A stretch of DNA of 32,000 nucleotides from an archaeon (GCA_024277355.1 JAJRVL010000004.1:300001-332000), one strand, 5' to 3'. Shown: positions 1 to 8,191, counted from the first letter of the stretch. Notes: generated by a model not told the origin, from the sequence alone. Program-made: numbers and translations.

Positions 1-2
1 GA

Positions 3-1004
3 AATGACACTAACACAATTTACACCGAAGATTATAATTCAATTTTAGGAGGAGAAACAGCAGGAGGAGTAATTCAAAAAATTCACGAAGAAAAATTTGT
101 TATCTGCAGTACTCCAGGCCCAAGAAAAATAATTTATTATCTTAGTTCTTCTGCCGACTCAAAAACATATTTAGATATAGCAGACATTTATTTTTTAGAT
201 ATTAAATCTGAATTAAAAAACCCTTATTATGCAATAGCAGATTATAATACTCAAATAAATGGTTTAGGAATAGATAATGATTCTATAGTAAACATCCAGG
301 AATCAGTTTGGTATGCTTATGATGAAGACTGCGGACCAAAAGGAAGCATAAATACTTGGGAATTAGATAATCAAACAACAGTCTTTCTTCCTCCTGATTC
401 AAATGGTTCAGATACAAATACAACAGGAACAATTAACTGCACTACAACAGGAAAAAAAGCAATTAATTTAGTAGTAATTGCAGATAAAGAATTTTATTCA
501 GGATCAGGATTAAATATTTACATAAGAGGAGACACTTTTGTTAATGTAATAATTCCTGATTCATTAAGAATGGAATCATTTGAAATAGCACCATCAAAAG
601 TCAAAAAAGGAAACACCACAGAATTCATAGTAGTAGTTAAAAGCAAAGTAGAAGGAATGGACTTAAATATTGAAGTTGTATTTGATGTATTTGATGAAAC
701 AGGAGTTTTTATTGAATCAATTACAGTTCCAGGAATGGCTTTAGCTCAAGGGCAAACACAAATTAAAACTACTTATAATACTTCAGCATTAAACGAAAAA
801 ACTTCTTACAGAGTAACTGCAAAAGCATTTCTTTTATCAGGCTCTGGGCCAATACAAGACAAACAGCCAATAAATGACTTAGAAGAAAGATATTTCTGGG
901 TATTAGAAGAAAACAATAAACTTGAAACTCTGCCTGAAACAAATTATCTTTCAATAATAATATTATTAATTTCAGTAACTTTAATTCTAACAAAAAAAGA
1001 TTAA
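3..1004 (+). CDS. Large secreted or surface protein, 5'-truncated by the window edge, with a C-terminal Ig/CARDB-like domain and a C-terminal membrane anchor
   Basis: The frame of the listed ORF 570..1004 stays open, with no stop, back to nt 3, so the gene starts upstream of the window. It has many N-x-S/T sequons (NQTT, NGSD, NTTG, NCTT). The last 24 aa read LPETN, then a 16-aa hydrophobic stretch, then KKD. Confidence 0.6.
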   Translation, partial: NDTNTIYTEDYNSILGGETAGGVIQKIHEEKFVICSTPGPRKIIYYLSSSADSKTYLDIADIYFLDIKSELKNPYYAIADYNTQINGLGIDNDSIVNIQESVWYAYDEDCGPKGSINTWELDNQTTVFLPPDSNGSDTNTTGTINCTTTGKKAINLVVIADKEFYSGSGLNIYIRGDTFVNVIIPDSLRMESFEIAPSKVKKGNTTEFIVVVKSKVEGMDLNIEVVFDVFDETGVFIESITVPGMALAQGQTQIKTTYNTSALNEKTSYRVTAKAFLLSGSGPIQDKQPINDLEERYFWVLEENNKLETLPETNYLSIIILLISVTLILTKKD

Positions 1005-1005
1005 T

Positions 1006-1563
1006 ATGAAAAAAGAATACAGAAGACAATTTTTACATTTCTTTTTCGGAAGCACCATAATAATCTTAATTGGATTAATTGGAACAAAAAATTTTATTGC
1101 ATTTAATTTACTAATTTTAATTACAGGTTATATTTTAGCACTAAAAATAAAAAAAGGACTAAAACTTCCAATAATAAAAGAATTCATTGATTATACAGAA
1201 AGAGAAACAGAAAAAGAACTCCCGGGAAAAGGCGCAATAACTTTTTTTATAGGAACATTAATTACATCAGTTTTATTTTACAACAATATTTTCATAGTTA
1301 TTGGAGGAGTTATTACCTTAGTTTTTGGAGACAGCATTTCAAATATTGCAGGAAAAACAATAGGCAAAATAAAAATACAAGACAAAACATTAGAAGGAAG
1401 TTTTGCAGGAATAATAATTTCATTTATTTATTTATCAATTTTATTTCCTTTTTCCACTGCATTAATTGCAGCAGTAATCGGAATGACAATGGAATACCTT
1501 CCAATAGAAGACAATTACACTATTCCAATTGCAACAGGAACAATATTAATGCTTTTAATTTAA
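1006..1563 (+). CDS. CTP-dependent polyprenol (dolichol) kinase-like membrane protein (SEC59 / CdsA superfamily)
   Basis: 185 aa and multi-TM. It has an N-terminal RRQFLHxxxG and a C-terminal GDSISNIAGKTIGKxxxxDKTLEGSFAG, which is typical of the dolichol kinase / cytidylyltransferase family. Its start lies 1 nt after the upstream stop. Confidence 0.5.
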   Translation: MKKEYRRQFLHFFFGSTIIILIGLIGTKNFIAFNLLILITGYILALKIKKGLKLPIIKEFIDYTERETEKELPGKGAITFFIGTLITSVLFYNNIFIVIGGVITLVFGDSISNIAGKTIGKIKIQDKTLEGSFAGIIISFIYLSILFPFSTALIAAVIGMTMEYLPIEDNYTIPIATGTILMLLI

Positions 1564-1600
1564 AGAAAACTTAATAAGGATTATCTAATAAATTTAATTC

Positions 1601-1996
1601 ATGAATTCAATTAAAACAATTTTAGTTTTTCTAATTTTAGCAGTAATTTTTTCAGGATGTGTGCAGACAAACACAACAACAAACCAAAATAATTCAGACA
1701 CTACAAATAAATCAATGCAAAAAGAAATGAATGAAATGATGAACGAAATGCATGGATTTAATATAAAAGAAATAGCAAAACATAATTCAGAAAAAGACTG
1801 CTGGCTGTTAATTAATGGAAAAGTTTATGATGTAACCGGCTTTGAAGAAACTCACAGCGGAGGAAAAGCAATTCTTGAAGGATGCGGAAAAGATGCAACA
1901 GCATTATTTGAATCAAGACCAATGGGTTCAGGAACACCTCATTCAGACAACGCAAGAGAATTACTTTCAGAATTTTATATTGGAAACTTAAATTAA
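1601..1996 (+). CDS. Secreted lipoprotein with a cytochrome b5-like heme-binding domain
   Basis: A signal peptide ends in a lipobox-like FSGC. The b5 core runs WLLINGKVYDVTGFEETHSGG...FESRPMGSGTPHSDNARE and contains both axial His positions (HPGG-like HSGG and HS-D-ARE). A Met-rich linker, MQKEMNEMMNEMH, precedes the domain. Confidence 0.75.
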   Translation: MNSIKTILVFLILAVIFSGCVQTNTTTNQNNSDTTNKSMQKEMNEMMNEMHGFNIKEIAKHNSEKDCWLLINGKVYDVTGFEETHSGGKAILEGCGKDATALFESRPMGSGTPHSDNARELLSEFYIGNLN

Positions 1997-2701
1997 ATAT
2001 TTCAAATAAACAAAATAAGCCAAAACAAAATACAATAAAATTAAAAAATAACCAATTAAAGCCCCTAAACCAGAAAAATTCTTTTTTTTTCTTTCAATAA
2101 TAAACCAGTAAAGTTCTCCAGTCAAAGCAAAAAAAGAAACAATTAACAAAAAATAACCGGCTAAATTCATTAAAGCAAAAGGATTAACCAGCAAAAAATG
2201 TCCAATTAAAGCCCAAAAAGAAAAATAAACTAATCTTTGAATTTTTTTCCAGTTAACGCCTAATTTTGCTACAGCAAAATCAGTTGAAATTAAACTTAAC
2301 AAAACTAAAATTCCTAAAGAAAAATACCCAAAAATTAAAGGATTAAAAAAAGGATTAAAAGAATAAAAAATCAAAGAAATATCAAAATTAAAAATAATAT
2401 TTAAGACCAGCAAAAAATGAATTAATCCAAATAAAGTTCCTGTAACCCCTAAACTTCTTCTTACAGTCCAATATTTCAATAAAGCAGGTTTAAACTTGAA
2501 AACAGAACTTGAAAGTAAAGACAAAGCAATAAAAGTTGCTCCACTAAAAGCAAAACTTCGAATTAAAGCATAATTAAATGAAGTAAAAGAAATAAAATAA
2601 AACTGATAAAAAAATTCAGTTAACCAAAACAAAACCGAAACAAAAACAAAAATTAAAACAAACTTCCAGTTCCTTATTGTGCCTTCAAACAATTTAACCA
2701 T
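1988..2701 (-). CDS. Ferric-reductase-like / MsrQ (YedZ)-like heme b membrane protein
   Basis: 237 aa with about 6 TM helices. RRSLGVTGTLFGLIHFLL and WKKIQRLVYFSFWALIGHFLL resemble the MsrQ / ferric-reductase TM-domain motifs (R-LG...lH and W..lhrLvY...lH). It has an ATG start. Confidence 0.5.
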   Translation of the reverse strand: MVKLFEGTIRNWKFVLIFVFVSVLFWLTEFFYQFYFISFTSFNYALIRSFAFSGATFIALSLLSSSVFKFKPALLKYWTVRRSLGVTGTLFGLIHFLLVLNIIFNFDISLIFYSFNPFFNPLIFGYFSLGILVLLSLISTDFAVAKLGVNWKKIQRLVYFSFWALIGHFLLVNPFALMNLAGYFLLIVSFFALTGELYWFIIERKKKNFSGLGALIGYFLILLYFVLAYFVYLKYLI

Positions 2702-2756
2702 GAAAACAAAAGAAAATAACTTAATTTAAGTTTTTCTTATTCTAATTAATACAAAA

Positions 2757-2977
2757 GGGCCCATAGTCTAGTGGATAGGACAGCAGCCTCCTAAACTTTT
2801 TTCGCAAAAAAGTTTAATCAAAAAAGCAAACTTTTCTGCGAAAAGTTTGTATACAAAAAATAATTTTGTTGCAACTTTAGGGAGAGGCAGTGCGACTTTA
2901 CGTCGCACATTTTGGCAACTTGCCTTTTCTTAAAAGGCAGAAAGCTGCGGACCCGAGTTCGACTCTCGGTGGGCCCG
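2757..2977 (+). tRNA. tRNA-Arg (anticodon CCT) with a ~149-nt intron at the canonical 37/38 position (intron ~2794-2942)
   Basis: I folded it by hand. The acceptor is GGGCCCA/TGGGCCC and the D arm is GTCT-AGTGGATA-GGAC. The anticodon stem is GCAGC/GCTGC with loop CTCCTAA. The T arm is CCGAG-TTCGACT-CTCGG and the discriminator is G. No CCA is encoded. Confidence 0.85.
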
Positions 2978-3083
2978 TAAAAAGAATTTGTTTTCAAATG
3001 ACAGCAATCAAAAATCACTAGCAAGATACTAACAACAGGAATAGCAATAGCTAAAAAAAAATTGTAAAAATAAAAAAACAGCT

Positions 3084-3569
3084 TTATTTTTTGTTTAAGT
3101 TAAGTTTTGTAATAAAGCCACCGACTACACCAGCTATTGCACCTAATACTGCAAACAAAATAATATAAAAAACCAGACTACTTATCAGGCTGCCTACATC
3201 AAATTGATATGCTGTATTTCCAATTAAAGTATCTGCTTGATATACTTGATAAATTTCTGAGCTAATTGAATATATTACTGCAATAATAACGCCAAGGATA
3301 GCTCCAATCTTTGCTGTGTCAATTAGTTTACCATTGGCTTTTGATATAACATATCCAGACCAGATTACAAGCAAGATTACAATCACTGCTAACACATTAT
3401 CAACAACAGCCTTGTTATCCCAAAAAGAAACTGCTATAACATCAGATTCTGAATATTGGTTAAATCCAAGCATAAAAGGCAGAATTGATAAAGCAACTGC
3501 AATAACTACAACAACAACACAAGCAATCACTGGCAATTTTGCTGAACTAAAAAGTTTTGACAATTCCAA
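3084..3569 (-). CDS. Hypothetical integral membrane protein (~4 TM)
   Basis: 161 aa with clear hydrophobic helices rich in Ala, Val, Gly and Ile. The listed start codon is TTG, so the true start is uncertain. Local G+C looks higher than in neighbouring genes. The overlapping + strand ORF 3316..3633 is judged a shadow. Confidence 0.5.
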   Translation of the reverse strand: MELSKLFSSAKLPVIACVVVVVIAVALSILPFMLGFNQYSESDVIAVSFWDNKAVVDNVLAVIVILLVIWSGYVISKANGKLIDTAKIGAILGVIIAVIYSISSEIYQVYQADTLIGNTAYQFDVGSLISSLVFYIILFAVLGAIAGVVGGFITKLNLNKK

Positions 3570-3760
3570 CTTATCACCGTTTAATATAAATAAAAGGAAG
3601 TATAAAAACTTTTTGGAAAAAAAACTTAAGTAAAACTAAAACTTTTAATTTACAGCAGTTATAAGCAAAATAAACCAAATAGACATTTGTCGAAAAAACA
3701 AGGGTTTTTAAATGACAATTGACGTAAAGGCTTTTTAAGTGTTTTTTTCTCATTTAATGC

Positions 3761-4462
3761 ATGGATAAACTTTCTTCTATTATGGCTGGCGAAATCTGCT
3801 TAAGCAAAGATCCAGGCGGATCAATGAAAAAATGGAGAGAAATTTTTGGTGTTTCTCAAACAGAATTAGCTGACTACTTAAAAGTAAGCCCTTCAACTAT
3901 ATCTGATTATGAAGGAGGCAGAAGAGAAAGCCCAGGAATAGGAATAGTAAAAAGATTAGTTAATGCATTAATTTTAATTGACGAAAAAAGAGGCGGAAAA
4001 GTAAAAAAACAATTAGAAAAAGATTTTACTCCGCCAAAAGAAGTTTTTGGAACAAGAGAATTTTATTCTTCAATTAAAGGATTATTATTTCTTAAAAAAA
4101 TTAACGGAAAAGTTGTAGCTAACCCAAGCAAATTAAAAGAAATAGTAATTTATGGTTATACTTTAATTGATTCATTAAAAGTTATTCTAAATATTCCTGT
4201 TCACGAATACATGCAGTTATACGGAAAGACACCTGAAAGAGCATTAATTTTTCAGTCAGTAGAAAACGGAAGAAGCCCAATGATTGCAGTGAAAATAGGA
4301 AGGTTTTCAACTGACATGAAACCATCAATAATAGTGCTGCATGGAGTAAAAAATGTTGATCCTTTAGCAATAAAAATAGCTGAAAGCGAAAAAATTCCTT
4401 TAATTATTTCAGATAAACCAATAGAAAAAATCATTGATTCATTAAAAGAATTTGAAGTTTAA
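3761..4462 (+). CDS. XRE-family HTH transcriptional regulator with an uncharacterised C-terminal domain
   Basis: WREIFGVSQTELADYLKVSPSTISDYEGGRR is a classic Cro/C1-type HTH. The ~150-aa C-terminal domain (..VLHGV..DPLAIKIAESEKIPLII..) is possibly DRTGG-like, but that is a weak call. Confidence 0.65.
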   Translation: MDKLSSIMAGEICLSKDPGGSMKKWREIFGVSQTELADYLKVSPSTISDYEGGRRESPGIGIVKRLVNALILIDEKRGGKVKKQLEKDFTPPKEVFGTREFYSSIKGLLFLKKINGKVVANPSKLKEIVIYGYTLIDSLKVILNIPVHEYMQLYGKTPERALIFQSVENGRSPMIAVKIGRFSTDMKPSIIVLHGVKNVDPLAIKIAESEKIPLIISDKPIEKIIDSLKEFEV

Positions 4463-5157
4463 AATCTTACACAATAGGTATATCTTCTTTTTTCTTTTCC
4501 TGATTTATCGACTCCAACAACAGAAAAAGAACGGATTACTTTTGAATTATATTTTTTTGCAAGTTTTTCTGAAGAAATTTTTGCTGAACGATTAGAACTT
4601 AAAACTAAATCAAATCCTTTTCTGTTTTTTATTGTTTTAACTACTCTGGACAAAGGATCTTTTTTATTCATTTCAGAAATCAATAACTTAAATTCATTCA
4701 TAACTTTTTCTTGTTTTTCATTTTTTTCTTCAAATCTTGCCTGAATTGTTGCTTCAAAAAAATCAGAAGAAATTTTCATGCATGAATCACAAGTCCCTGA
4801 AGCAAACTGAAGTTTAATTACTCCTCTTAAACTTAAAAGATTATTTTCAATTAATCCTTTTACTTCAAGCAATGCATTAAAGTTTTTTTCATCTATTTCT
4901 TCTAATTCAATTTCAATATCCTGAACTTCAAAATCTTTTGATTTAACTTTTGATTTAACAAAATCAAGTAATTCCATTGAATCAAATTCAACCCAATGCC
5001 TTTGCACTTTAATTTTATTGCATTTTCTGCAGAACTCAAACTGAAGTTTATCAGGCAAAATAAGCAGTTTATTATCCTGTAAAAAACAGTTTTCACAGAA
5101 ACCTTTAATGAATATTCCTTCTTTTTTTCCGCATTTTGGACAAAATCTAAAACTCAT
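4459..5157 (-). CDS. NMD3-family protein (archaeal ribosome-associated zinc-ribbon protein)
   Basis: The N-terminus FCPKCGK..GFCENCF...FCRKCNK carries CxxC pairs that match the NMD3 N-terminal Zn-binding layout. At 232 aa it matches the length of archaeal NMD3 homologues. Confidence 0.6.
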   Translation of the reverse strand: MSFRFCPKCGKKEGIFIKGFCENCFLQDNKLLILPDKLQFEFCRKCNKIKVQRHWVEFDSMELLDFVKSKVKSKDFEVQDIEIELEEIDEKNFNALLEVKGLIENNLLSLRGVIKLQFASGTCDSCMKISSDFFEATIQARFEEKNEKQEKVMNEFKLLISEMNKKDPLSRVVKTIKNRKGFDLVLSSNRSAKISSEKLAKKYNSKVIRSFSVVGVDKSGKEKRRYTYCVRF

Positions 5158-5163
5158 AAAATA

Positions 5164-5949
5164 TCATTCCTTAAAATACAACAAAGGATTTAACACCATT
5201 GAATAAGTTGCTAAAACCGCAGTAATAATTCTTAATACAGCAAAAACAATTAAAGCTAAAATGCTTATTAATTCAGTTTCAGCAAAAGAAACAATAAAAG
5301 CAGAAATTAAACTTAAAATCAAAGCAATAAAAGTCCCAAAAGATGCTTCTTTAATATTTTTAAAAGACTTTTTTACTGCATTAAAAACAGAACTTAAACC
5401 TTTTTTTTCTATTGCTGCAACAGGATAAATAAAATAAAACAAAACTGTAACAATAAAAACTGCAATTAAAATAACTAAACCTGAAAGAACAGAAAAAAAC
5501 AAGTTATTCTGAACAAAAGAAAAAGAAAAAAAAGTTATAAAAGGAACAAGAATAATCATTGAAAGAATAAAAGCAAAAAGCACTGGAACAACAATTTTAG
5601 TGAAATTTTTTAGTACTTCTTTAATTGAAACTGAAACTGAAATACTTTTTTTATTTAAATAATTTTGTATCATTAAAGGATAAGCTGAATTAATAACTGA
5701 ATCAAACACAAAAAAAATAAAAGACAAAACAAGCAAAAAAACTGCTTCAGGAAAAATTTTATTTAACAAAAAAGTTTTTTCTTCTAAAGAAGAAAGCAAA
5801 TTAATTACCTGCATTTTTTTTAATAAATTCATAGCAAATAAAAGCATTAAACCCCAGACTAATGCAAGGAAAATTTTAGGAAAAAAAAGTTTTGGTTGTT
5901 TTTTTAAAACAATAAATGAATTTTTTAAAACTTCAATTAAAGAACTCAT
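5164..5949 (-). CDS. Hypothetical polytopic membrane protein
   Basis: About 6-7 TM helices. The listed ORF begins with TTG at 5958. The first ATG, at 5949, lies immediately after the stop of the upstream RNase gene (5951-5953). Confidence 0.55.
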   Translation of the reverse strand: MSSLIEVLKNSFIVLKKQPKLFFPKIFLALVWGLMLLFAMNLLKKMQVINLLSSLEEKTFLLNKIFPEAVFLLVLSFIFFVFDSVINSAYPLMIQNYLNKKSISVSVSIKEVLKNFTKIVVPVLFAFILSMIILVPFITFFSFSFVQNNLFFSVLSGLVILIAVFIVTVLFYFIYPVAAIEKKGLSSVFNAVKKSFKNIKEASFGTFIALILSLISAFIVSFAETELISILALIVFAVLRIITAVLATYSMVLNPLLYFKE

Positions 5950-5950
5950 T

Positions 5951-7225
5951 TTAATCAAGTTTTATTTCCTGTCCTAATTTTGGCGCAACAGAATTAAAGC
6001 CTTCATTTTTCAGTCTTTTCTGGAAAACTTTTATTACTTTTTCATCTCCATGAACACAAATAATTTTTTCAGGGTTAGTTAATTTAGCTAATTCAATTAA
6101 TTCATCCTGTGAAGCATGAGCAGAAAAATCAAATTGTTTTACTTGATTTCTTACTTTAACTATTTCTCCATCTAAATCCACTATTCCTTTTTCCATTAAA
6201 GTTCTTCCATTAGTTCCTTCAACTTGATATCCAGTTAAAAAAATCTTTGATTTAGGGTCTTTATATAATTTTTTTAAATACCACATTACTGGACCTCCCT
6301 GAAGCATTCCAGCTGAAGTTACAATAACACAAGGCTTTTTTAAAACTGGATTTCTTCTTCCTTTTTTAATCCAGTTAGCTGAATGCAAGGCTTTTCCTAA
6401 CATTTTTGGGTTCTTTAAATGTTCAGGGAATTCAAGGGTTGTTCTTGCAACTCTTTGCCCCATTCCATCATAAAAAATATCTGCAGTAACTTTGTTTTCA
6501 TATAAAATATCAATTAATTCCTGACTTCTTCCAACAGCAAAAGCAGGAACAATTGCATGCCCGCCTTTATTTAGTGTTTCTTTTACTTCATCAACAAAAG
6601 ATTTTTCTAATTCTTTTCTGTTTCCATGATTTCTGTCACCATAAGTTGACTCAATAATCAATACATCAGTTTTACCTATTTTTTTGTCTGCTCCCTTAAA
6701 CATTCTTGTATCTTCTATTTTAAAGTCTCCTGAATAAACTACATCTTTTTTTTCTGATTCAACTTTAATCATTGAAGAACCCAAAATATGCCCTGCATCA
6801 AATAATTCAATTGAAGTGCTTTCAGATAAATTAACTTTTTTTCTGTAAGGCAAAGTAAAAGTAGATCTTTCTGTACTTCCTATATCTGCAGCAGAAAAAT
6901 GAGGAGTTACCCCTTCAATTCTGGCTATTTTTAATGAATCAGCCCACAAAATCTGGCTTAATTCCAAAGTAGGCAGAGTCATATAAACAAAAGAATTTGA
7001 CTGAGAAAATAATTCAGGTACAGCTCCAGAATGATCTAAATGAGCATGAGAAATAACTATTGCATCTAAATTTGTTTTTACAGGCAAAGGATATTCTATT
7101 TCATCGCTTCCTAATTTTATTCCTCTGTCTAAAAGAATTTTTTCTCCTACATCCAACAAAAAAGAACTTCTTCCAACTTCATTTGATGCACCTAAAGCAG
7201 TTAATTTACTCATAACAAAACACAA
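5951..7225 (-). CDS. Metallo-beta-lactamase / beta-CASP ribonuclease (aCPSF2-like, no KH domains)
   Basis: It has the HAHLDHSGA motif (HxHxDH), followed downstream by DAGHILGS, ESTYG and a C-terminal VHGD. At 424 aa it fits the KH-less archaeal beta-CASP group. An alternative start is the Met at 7213. Confidence 0.85.
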   Translation of the reverse strand: MCFVMSKLTALGASNEVGRSSFLLDVGEKILLDRGIKLGSDEIEYPLPVKTNLDAIVISHAHLDHSGAVPELFSQSNSFVYMTLPTLELSQILWADSLKIARIEGVTPHFSAADIGSTERSTFTLPYRKKVNLSESTSIELFDAGHILGSSMIKVESEKKDVVYSGDFKIEDTRMFKGADKKIGKTDVLIIESTYGDRNHGNRKELEKSFVDEVKETLNKGGHAIVPAFAVGRSQELIDILYENKVTADIFYDGMGQRVARTTLEFPEHLKNPKMLGKALHSANWIKKGRRNPVLKKPCVIVTSAGMLQGGPVMWYLKKLYKDPKSKIFLTGYQVEGTNGRTLMEKGIVDLDGEIVKVRNQVKQFDFSAHASQDELIELAKLTNPEKIICVHGDEKVIKVFQKRLKNEGFNSVAPKLGQEIKLD

Positions 7226-7313
7226 AAATTATCCTTAAATAAAAATAATGGTTTAAGTTTAAAAAAGAGTGTTTTGCACAAAATTTAAATTAATTAAAAC
7301 GCTTAATAATTGC

Positions 7314-7946
7314 ATGGATTTTATTGAATCAAAAAAATTACTTGAAAAATACAAAATAAAGTTTGTTAAAGGAAAATTAATTAAAAACAAAACAGAATTA
7401 ATTAATGCCTCAAAAAAAATTGGTTATCCTATTGCATTAAAAATTATTTCAAAACAAATTTCCCATAAAAGTGATGTTGGAGGAATAGCAGTAAATATCC
7501 AGAACGAAAAACAGGCAATAGAAAAATATAATTTAATTATGAAAAATGTAAAGAAAAAAATGCCAAAAGCAATAATACAGGGAATTTTTGTGCAAAAATT
7601 TATTTTAGGAAAACAAATTATTATTGGCGGAAAATATGACAGGCAGTTTGGCCCTACAATATTATTTGGTTTAGGGGGAATATTTGTTGAATTAATGAAA
7701 GATGTTTCATTAAGAATCTGTCCAATTACAAGAGATGACGCAAAACAAATGATTCAAGAAATAAAAGGTTACGCCATACTAAAAGGAACAAGAGGCGAAA
7801 AAGGAATTAATTTAAAAGAATTAGAAAATGTTTTAATAAAAGTAAATGATTTAATGATGAAAGAAAAAATAAAAGAATTAGACATTAATCCTTTAATCGC
7901 AGACGAAAAAGAAGTAATTGCAGTTGATGCAAGAGTGATTGAATGA
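7314..7946 (+). CDS. ADP-forming acetyl-CoA synthetase beta-subunit-like ATP-grasp protein
   Basis: The motifs ESKKLLEKYKIKF, IGYPIALKIISKQISHKSDVGGIAVNI, FGPTILFGLGGIFVELMKDV, ILKGTRGEK and ELDINPL match the ACD beta / ATP-grasp_5 pattern. The listed ORF starts at GTG 7269. ATG 7314 gives a typical N-terminus. Confidence 0.7.
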   Translation: MDFIESKKLLEKYKIKFVKGKLIKNKTELINASKKIGYPIALKIISKQISHKSDVGGIAVNIQNEKQAIEKYNLIMKNVKKKMPKAIIQGIFVQKFILGKQIIIGGKYDRQFGPTILFGLGGIFVELMKDVSLRICPITRDDAKQMIQEIKGYAILKGTRGEKGINLKELENVLIKVNDLMMKEKIKELDINPLIADEKEVIAVDARVIE

Positions 7947-8191
7947 AAATTGAAATTGATTCTCCTGCAAAAATTAATTTAACTTTAGACATCATCAAAA
8001 AAAGAAAAGATAATTATCATGAATTAGAAATGATAATGCAGGAATTAGAATTAAAAGACAAAATTGAATTAAAAGAAATAAAAGAAAACACAATAAAAAT
8101 TAAATCTAATTCAAAACAAATTCCATTAAATGAAAAAAACCTTGTATGGAAAGCAGCAAAAAAATCAAAAAAAACAAAAAAATTGAAATAG
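7943..8191 (+). CDS. ispE: 4-diphosphocytidyl-2-C-methyl-D-erythritol kinase (IspE), N-terminal fragment ending at a frame break
   Basis: SPAKINLTLDIIKKRKDNYHELEMIMQ...NLVWKAAKK matches the IspE N-terminus (AKINL.L.v..kR.DGYHEL). The ORF stops at TAG 8189-8191, after a series of A-runs. Confidence 0.75.
   Translation: MKIEIDSPAKINLTLDIIKKRKDNYHELEMIMQELELKDKIELKEIKENTIKIKSNSKQIPLNEKNLVWKAAKKSKKTKKLK

Noticed and set aside
2794-2942. A C/D box sRNA embedded in the long tRNA introns (also 13820-13947), as in haloarchaeal tRNA-Trp.
   Set aside because: Neither intron contains a C box (RTGATGA) or D box (CTGA) on the tRNA strand.
2818-3024. The ORF-track ORF of 68 aa on the minus strand; likewise 13801..14010 (-) and 13856..14104 (+).
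   Set aside because: These ORFs overlap the tRNA-Arg and tRNA-Asp genes, their introns and the GC-rich hairpin island. They exist because of the stable RNA sequence and low-complexity intron sequence, not because of coding potential.
3316-3633. The + strand 105-aa ORF that overlaps the 161-aa membrane-protein gene.
   Set aside because: The minus-strand product has four clean TM helices and is longer. The + strand product is Thr/Ser/Ile low-complexity sequence, typical of an antisense shadow.
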